Source: Nymphaea colorata
Lineage: Eukaryota
Length of the DNA: 64,000 nucleotides
Assembly (NCBI RefSeq): GCF_008831285.2
Contig: NC_045138.2
Location: forward strand, 32,054,001-32,118,000
Reading direction: 5' to 3'
Shown: in pieces, positions 59,901 to 64,000 of the stretch
Layout of the letters: every line of letters starts with the position of its first letter
How positions within the stretch are numbered: position 1 is the stretch's first letter
The notes under the pieces: generated by a model
The model's input: only the letters and a program-made list of their open reading frames with translations
What the model was told of the DNA's origin: nothing
Databases searched by the model: none
Made by a program: the position numbers and the translations under genes

Positions 59901-62347
59901 GTACTACTTTTGTTGTTGTCTTATTAGTTTCTCATTTATTTTATTTTTTCTTAATTTTTAGGATTTTTAAATTTTTTTTCCAGTTTCTTTCCTGTATTTT
60001 CAAGTTCACTGTATTATACCCAAGAAAAACCTCACCATTTAAAACTCTGAAACGTCATTTGTGACTATGATACTACCATAAAAAAAAGCAGTTTCTAGAT
60101 AAGGGGTAAGCATACAAATAAATCTAGATGAGTCCCCCCCATAAGTCATTGATACCAGATTATGGTTGTCTGACTAGATATTGATCTTTTTCATACAGTC
60201 CAAATCTGGCAATGTGATATACAAATAGACACACATGCACATGCATGCATGCCCCACAAGCATCCACCATTCGGTGGACGCTACTCTTCTAGACTGCAAA
60301 ACGTAGATGTGCGACACTCTAGTTGACAGGTGAACTACTTCCAACCCAGGTCCCTAAATCAGCATTGGACCCCAAGGGCAAGACACCAGAACAAAATAAA
60401 AAAGCATGCACCAGCTTAGATGCACATAGAGAGAGATTCATATAAAACATAACATAAAAATTATGAGAGGAAGGAGCAAAGATATTCAGAATTGCATGGA
60501 TAACGTTTTCAAAAACAAAAAAAAAATCCTAACATATTGAAATACAAAATAAATTCAGAACACCTTTGACAAGAAAATTGCCTTGGGAATGAAAGGAGAA
60601 AAGCGAACTTCACAAATGGAAGTAGCAAAAGGAAATGGATTCAGTGGAAAGAAGACTCAATGGGTAAATAACATTCCCAAAATAAGTTGTGTTATCATTC
60701 TGTTTTCACATAGCCTCCTGGATACCTTTCCATGACGCACTTACATGTGTATACACAAATCCATTTTAGTTTCAACTTTCTTTTGTCATTGAAAAGAATT
60801 ATTCCAGAAAAATCACAATACTTCTAAAAGAAAAGAATAGATGCTCATATTGTAACAAATAAAAAAAATACTTGTAACATATAGATGTCAGATGTAAAAC
60901 CTTCCCACGGCACACAGCAAAAAATACTGCACCAGATGCTGAATTATTGTTCAACTTAGCCTTGTAATCCTGCATTTTCACATTGAAAATTATTACAAAG
61001 TTTGCCTGAGCATGAAAACATACTTTTGGAAAAGATAATGTTCTACACAACCTACTACAGTCAAGAACCAAAGAAAAGCTACAGGAACACAAAGGACTAC
61101 AATGGGACACCTCGATTGCATTTGGAAAAAGTGCAGACTGTCTGGGCTCAATGACGGGCTGCTTATGTCTAGAAATCCTTTCCCAGATTGTAAGTGAATT
61201 CATTGTGCTTCCATGACTCTGTAATGGAATACCAACAATTCTCAGCGGCAAATTCAGTGGTTGCATATACAACTCAAGTATGAATTGATTACCATGCTTT
61301 GCCAAGACTTGATGCAATTGTCCATGACATAGTAAGATGGGAAGAATACAAGAAGTCCCCCAGGGACAATCCGGGCAAAGTTTACTGTGACATAATCATT
61401 TAAGAGCAAATTATAAATTTGTAGAAGAAAACACATCTGCAAAAAACTTGCAACTGTTCCATTCTTCAAAGCAATAAAACTGGGCATGGGCAGAAAAAAA
61501 ACGACTTACCTTTCTACAAGTATCCCTACTATTGTGGTTTTTCTTGAAAATGTAAAATTTTCCTTATTTTCAAATAAGTGAAAAAAAAAAACAAGAAGCA
61601 ATAGGTTTTAGTAGTGCAATTTTCACAGAAAATATAACAAAAGTCACTGGAGTTTTTAAACAATATTAAATAATCAGGAATCCAATCAGAATATAATCTC
61701 GAATGAAGTCTTTGTAACCATGTTGAGCATGGAATTGGCTCAAACTGCTGCCCAGCTTTATATAAATGCTTTATAACAGGGATAAGATTCAGGTCTACAA
61801 CCAATAAGACCAGGACCCAGCCTGAACCAAACAAAAGTAAACGATTGTTTGCAGGTAGGGTCTCTCCCCACTGTAAGGTTCCAATGGTCCAGGGTTCTAC
61901 AGGAATAATCGTCTTTCAGGTTACATATCACCAATCAATGCAAAGAGAGGAGGTTTGATACGTACCAACTGCATTACCCAGCTCTTGTTGATATTCTGAT
62001 GAGTCACGATTTCGATAAGAGGAATTAAATATTGAACCAGATGGACCAGCAGGTATAACTCCAACCCAAACTTGACTGGGGGAAATAACATGAGGATTTT
62101 CCAGTCTAACCGGAAATGGCCTGATAATGGCATGGACGTTATATACAGAGAAAAAAAGCGTTTGATGAACAAAAACAAGAGGGGTATCATTAGGAGTCAA
62201 CTTACAGATTGAGTTCTAGAGCAAATGATTCCATTGGACACAATGTACCAGAAGTCAAGATAATAGAGTGAATCCCTAGCCTAACAAACTCTTCCATGGC
62301 AATTCCCGGATTAAAACACCACCAGCTAAGCGTCCTGGTATTTTCAC
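28637..62347 (-). CDS. RTEL1: Regulator of telomere elongation helicase 1 (RTEL1; XPD/Rad3-family Fe-S helicase), 5'-partial, 16 exons, ~674 C-terminal codons
   Basis: Phase-consistent GT-AG exons give [87 protein letters not shown] and a C-terminal harmonin-N-like helical domain ([22 protein letters not shown]...RFKDYVP). That domain points to RTEL1 rather than FANCJ/XPD/CHL1. The last 17-nt exon is less certain. Confidence 0.9.
29498..29880. mobile_element. Long-TIR MITE related to 16379-16760
   Basis: Inverted repeat ACTTGGGTAAGAGA / TCTCTTACCCAAGT with flanking TTGGTA/TACCAA and GACC/GGTC. Confidence 0.6.
29930..30208. repeat. 122-bp tandem duplication bounded by (AT)n(GT)n
   Basis: GGATTCCTCTGGCCACCCG...CAGTCCCTTTATATA at 29983 and 30105, nearly identical. 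Confidence 0.92.
31110..31192 (-). CDS. RTEL1: RTEL1 exon ([18 protein letters not shown])
   Basis: TAG|G...G|GTATA; phase 2-1; completes the helical domain; 83 nt. Confidence 0.85.
31796..32081 (-). repeat. 3' LTR of intact copia
   Basis: Identical to 36844-37129. Confidence 0.95.
32076..36386 (-). CDS. Copia Gag-Pol polyprotein (~1436 aa; Gag, zinc knuckle, protease, integrase, RT, RNase H)
   Basis: [32 protein letters not shown]...CEVC; HSDVWG / RTDNAREY / [31 protein letters not shown]; no stops; ATG at 36386. Confidence 0.96.
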   Translation of the reverse strand: MAEAMGTQKDAVLDTGSASKTENVPLQVTSIRLTKDNYLSWSAALEIGITSRGRLSYITGDKPAPIKSDPQWATWALEDSQVKVWIISSVSSDIQPLILRKPTSFDMWTVLAKMYGRKKRHLRTYQIKRSIYSLTQGDLSVAAFYAALKTKWEELDYHVTDEWTCGSDHSLYWEKEWMDRTFLFLGGLRDEFESIRSQILNGDEIPGIEEVYARVESEEQRRQVMHLDTGHGPSAFVSRASGTGQRPARHCTHCHKLGHSVDFCWDLHPEKRLVRGRPPSGKRSPSVSDSSQSNSSSGAKSKLSPAQLKELQAYISRLSTTPEESSTSEGAQLAQALVASTDQGNPSLGDWIVDSGATHHMTGDSKLFQEYQLSSGKQRVSMADGSSISVAGKGSLSLLNKYRLHNALHVPNIPVNLLSVSSITKELNCNLIFSADHCSLQDLVTGKKIGIGSVTDGLYRLPVQVASALISATSGHLSGVNDRSTVLRWHERLGHLPFQLIKKLFPHLFASVSIDSFACEVCQLAKHVRASYPISLNKTTHPFALVHSDVWGPSGVPTCGGCHYFLTLIDDYSRCTFVYLLRERSEVPAVVKNFVAFVETQFHTTVQAFRTDNAREYVSQSLDEFLKGKGIVHETSCSYTPPQNGIAERKNRHLLNVTRAIMFQRHVPKRYWGDALLTSAHLINRMPTRVLDGQSPYSTLWPTQNPWPLTPRVFGCSCFVHNHSPTLKKLDPRSIKGVFLGYSSTQKGYKCVDPTTSKVYVSRDVTFHEHESYFSVNPLQGECLGNKGEEYSSNQLIQFMEFLDYKVSPSVIDTVTVSNEKGSHMEGVTVDAQPIVARDHLFGQVYVRKEKATVEDVGDEDRTNPNPVISPDDPSPSNEELPIAVRKGTRSCTSHPIQRFVSYAKLSTNYKCFITTLSKVVIPRSVDDAKDDPKWLNAMTEEMGALAKNKTWEVVDTPKGTHLVGSKWVYNVKYKPDGTVDRYKARLVAKGFSQKYGIDYLETFAPVAKLKTVRVILALAVHRKWRMDQLDVKNAFLNGHLEEEVYMSMPPGYVQEGKCCHLKKALYGLKQSPRAWFERLRIVMKSTGYKQGNGDHTLFIKQRGGLVSLLLVYVDDMIVTGSDEEENRKMKERLSKEFDLKDLGKLRYFLGIEIARSETGLVMNQRKYTLDLLKETGKLGCRPYLTPIESGTKISIKTGTILDEEGKGRYQRLVGKLIYLTLTRPDITYAVNVLSQFMHAPTDCHWKSAERVLGYLKNDPGKGLLYTRQDKLTIEGYSDADWAGCTDTRRSTTGYCIFLGGNLVVWRSKRQEVCSRSSAEAEYRAVAMGVTEMLWLKILLTDIGVELGDKMKMYCDNKSAINLANNPVLHDRTKHVEIDRHFIRERIDSKELILPYMKSEDQVADVLTKGLCTSSFEKNVSKLGMFDMYAKLEGEC
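36844..37129 (-). repeat. 5' LTR of intact copia
   Basis: Followed on the minus strand by the iMet PBS. Confidence 0.95.
38552..38697 (-). CDS. RTEL1: RTEL1 exon, harmonin-N-like domain
   Basis: CAG|GTAAGG...[27 protein letters not shown]...PERLFLLK; 146 nt. Confidence 0.88.
39320..39904 (-). CDS. RTEL1: RTEL1 long exon ([11 protein letters not shown]...ASDFLKQ)
   Basis: CAG|GTC...CAG|GTATA; 585-nt open frame containing IMPANKS. Confidence 0.85.
39993..40066 (-). CDS. RTEL1: RTEL1 linker exon ([11 protein letters not shown]...IVPL)
   Basis: CAG|GG...TTG|GTAAT; phase 1-0, which bridges the neighbouring exons. Confidence 0.7.
40989..41236. mobile_element. hAT-type MITE (CTATGT-like TIR)
   Basis: Ends CTATAGCGCA / TGTAACATAG; perfect 8-bp TSD CACCTCAT (40981-40988, 41237-41244). 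Confidence 0.8.
42044..47064 (+). mobile_element. Degenerate Ty1/copia LTR retrotransposon in an RTEL1 intron (antisense to host)
   Basis: 3' LTR 46791-47064 (274 bp, TG..CA). 5' LTR 42044-42304 lacks its first 13 bp. About 7 substitutions over 261 bp. PBS TGGTATCAGAGC at 42305; PPT GAGGGGG just before 46791; no TSD. Confidence 0.93.
42576..46790 (+). pseudogene. Disrupted copia gag-pol
   Basis: Fragments [11 protein letters not shown] (Gag), [11 protein letters not shown] (PR), WHGRLAH / QCDGGGEF / TPQQNGIAE (IN), [11 protein letters not shown] / LYGLKQ (RT) and [13 protein letters not shown] (RH), broken by many stops and frameshifts. Confidence 0.92.
47642..47943. mobile_element. hAT-type MITE with GGGCC/GGCCC repeats
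   Basis: Ends TAAGGCTGG / CCAGGTTTA; perfect 8-bp TSD CTCAAGTT (47634-47641, 47944-47951). Confidence 0.85.
48157..48727 (-). mobile_element. hAT-type MITE, same family as 27104-27728 (opposite orientation)
   Basis: Ends CTATGTAACA / TGTGACAG; AGTCAAAC at 48149-48156 and 48728-48735 (the right TIR appears 2 bp short); GGGTAC/GTACCC repeats. Confidence 0.8.
48836..48961 (-). CDS. RTEL1: RTEL1 linker exon (DSTPDLG...KLTP)
   Basis: CAG|AC...G|GTATG; phase 1-1, open frame; alternative in-frame acceptor at 48943. Confidence 0.65.
50558..50663 (-). CDS. RTEL1: RTEL1 exon ([17 protein letters not shown])
   Basis: CAG|TGT...CAG|GTGAG; 106 nt. Confidence 0.88.
51371..51428 (-). CDS. RTEL1: RTEL1 exon ([19 protein letters not shown])
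   Basis: CAG|G...AAG|GTCTT; 58 nt. Confidence 0.88.
53290..53405 (-). CDS. RTEL1: RTEL1 exon ([20 protein letters not shown]; motif VI)
   Basis: CAG|GTT...AG|GTTAT; 116 nt. Confidence 0.93.
53513..53572 (-). CDS. RTEL1: RTEL1 exon (VRLKREYLD)
   Basis: TAG|GTC...AAG|GTATT; 60 nt. Confidence 0.9.
53898..54275. mobile_element. hAT-type MITE with GTATC/GATAC repeats
   Basis: TIR CAATGTTGTA / TACAACACTG; TSD ATTTGCAA / ATTTGCAG. Confidence 0.82.
55499..55585 (-). CDS. RTEL1: RTEL1 exon ([22 protein letters not shown])
   Basis: CAG|GTA...AAG|GTTTG; 87 nt; helicase motif V region. Confidence 0.92.
55878..60069 (+). mobile_element. Decayed hAT DNA transposon with transposase pseudogene, in an RTEL1 intron
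   Basis: Transposase fragments [13 protein letters not shown]...[11 protein letters not shown] (DUF659-like), [30 protein letters not shown]...AATYLNP and a dimerisation-domain-like VAVKILSQ...KKRNNL, with many lesions. Right end TTTGTGACTATG; left end approximate. Confidence 0.85.
57280..59027. mobile_element. Composite non-autonomous hAT element inserted in the transposase pseudogene
   Basis: 16-bp perfect TIR CTATGTCACCAAGGTG / CACCTTGGTGACATAG; perfect 8-bp TSD GATGGAAT (57272-57279, 59028-59035); extra internal left end CTATGTCACAAGGGTG at 57893. Confidence 0.9.
60901..60969 (-). CDS. RTEL1: RTEL1 exon ([12 protein letters not shown])
   Basis: CAG|GAT...AAG|GTTTT; 69 nt. Confidence 0.92.
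61111..61218 (-). CDS. RTEL1: RTEL1 exon ([17 protein letters not shown])
   Basis: CAG|AGT...GAG|GTGTC; 108 nt. Confidence 0.88.
61293..61384 (-). CDS. RTEL1: RTEL1 exon ([17 protein letters not shown])
   Basis: CAG|TA...ATG|GTAAT; 92 nt. Confidence 0.92.
61966..62120 (-). CDS. RTEL1: RTEL1 exon ([12 protein letters not shown]...ELGNAV)
   Basis: CAG|G...G|GTACG; 155 nt. Confidence 0.92.
62206..62347 (-). CDS. RTEL1: RTEL1 exon ([11 protein letters not shown]...TSGTL)
   Basis: TAG|GT...CT|GTAAG; 142 nt. Confidence 0.92.
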
Positions 62348-62623
62348 CTAAAGTAAAATGAATTAAATTTTGATTCACTGTAGAAGTAAACTTGTAATCA
62401 AGTGAAATAACTTCACTAGGTTAGCTGCTTTTTTCAGCTCTTCTCTTCACATGATCTGGCAGGAAAAAAGCTCCATTATCCACAATACTGACTTTAGCAT
62501 TGCCCGTATGGTCTAGACATCTAGAATACCAACATTCTTGTGATCAATCCCAATAGTCGATGGGTGTCTTTAACCCTTTGAATTTCATAATTTTCAAAAT
62601 TAGTTTTGAATATTACTTATGCT

Positions 62624-62792
62624 TTTCTAGTGTTTCAAATACACAGCTTAAAACTTGTGTAACACACATGCTAAATGCAGTGGATGCTCCAAATTACAAT
62701 ATGTGTTTTTAGTGTTTTAAATACACAGCTTAAAACTTGTGTAACACACATGCAGTGGATGCTCCAAATTACAATATGTGTTTTTAGTGTTT
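62624..62792. repeat. ~75-82-bp tandem duplication (intronic)
   Basis: AAATACACAGCTTAAAACTTGTGTAACACACATGC and GCAGTGGATGCTCCAAATTACAATATGTGTTTTTAGTGTTT each occur twice. Confidence 0.88.
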
Positions 62793-64000
62793 GTATCTCA
62801 AGACTGTGTAGAGACTTCATAAGCAACCATGTGCAGATGCCAGCATCAAAAGATTCAGAACCATGCAACAATTGCATGCACATTCATACTCACTCAAAAT
62901 ACATCAAATCATGCTTAATTTACTCAACATTGGACTAAATTGTTGTGCAAATAAAGGTAGGCAGAATATGGGGGGAAAAATATGACCAGATTTAGGCATA
63001 CTAATACACTTTAAAAGCAAATAGCCAAATAGGAATGCTAATGTAACATTGATGAAAATCTTCAAGGGCTTATAAGGAGGTTGCTGAAGTGATTGATTCT
63101 CCTGATTCTTGGCTTTTCTAAGGGCTACAACTGAAGTTGCTAAGAGGCAGGTTGAGAGCCGCCAGACTCAAAGCCCAAGGCTAGTGTGGGAGTGGGCCAG
63201 GTATTTACAGGTAACATGCACAAAATATACAAACTATATTTAGCACATCTATGCCTAGAAAGTATGAATTACCAACTCATAAAGCAGTTGAATCATGATA
63301 ATGACCCAACCAAGAGCACAAGAACCTTTCAATGGAAGACCAAGAAACATCAAATACAAAGTACCACATTCAATATCAAGTGTATCTCTGAAGTACAAAG
63401 CAATACTATGCACCCCTTTTATCCAATTCAAGGGTGTAATTTTTGTAGATCAAGCTTAAGTTGCAAACGAAAATCCTTTTCTTCCTAGAAACATGTAAGG
63501 CCCCTCAGGACTAATTATTCGCAGTCCCAGGAAAGACACCCTAAGGATCATGAAATATGCAGTAACAATTTCTTGAAACAAGAAGGCTTTTGTGCTTTTT
63601 CATAATTGGTTCATCATTTTATGCAGTTCCAACTATTTGAAATATGTTAATCATGTTTTCAATTTTCTATCCAGTGACATTGTCTCTTGTATTTCAAAGA
63701 AACTTTTCCTTTTTTTCTTGAAATTTTAATTGTTCATCAAAATATTTTTTTCTACATTGCAATAACTGCATAGCCGGATTAAGCCTGGTTAGTACCTTTC
63801 TAGTTTCTTATAACCTTGACTCAAGCAAATGGCACTGCAGCTGATGAACTACAATAGTTTTCTCTTCTTAAGAACCACATTCTCTCAGCATATCAAAAAC
63901 AAACCTCCAGATCTCAACAAAGCCCAACAATTTGTAGTATTTGGCAAGTATTTTGATGCCAATACTACATCAGAGTACACCAGGCCCATTTTGATTTCAC

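Noticed and set aside
63790..63900. Candidate upstream RTEL1 exon ending at an AAG|GTAC donor
   Set aside because: In the required phase it contains a stop codon; the upstream exons probably lie beyond the window.

Overview
Flowering-plant nuclear genomic DNA: AT-rich, with GT-AG introns and abundant microsatellites and MITEs. The species cannot be determined from the window alone. It holds three host genes. (1) A 4-exon organellar-type guanylate kinase on the minus strand (~11.9-18.1 kb). (2) A single-exon OVATE family protein on the plus strand (24.3-25.1 kb). (3) The 3' part of an RTEL1-type DNA helicase gene on the minus strand (16 exons traced, 62.3 kb down to ~28.6 kb; the 5' end lies beyond the window). 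The RTEL1 introns are expanded by transposons: an intact, very young Ty1/copia element (identical 286-bp LTRs, 5-bp TSD, single ~1436-aa ORF, same orientation as the host), an older degenerate copia element, a decayed hAT transposase with a composite MITE nested inside it, and several hAT-type MITEs with 8-bp TSDs. I see no evidence of a wholly new biological system. The most interesting signals are a predicted frameshifting intron over the protease region of both copia elements (giving a Gag-only protein), two RTEL1 exon junctions that rebuild near-perfect 5' splice sites, the layered TE nesting, and a ~320-bp fold-back element near 4.5 kb. All alignments and splice calls were made by eye.
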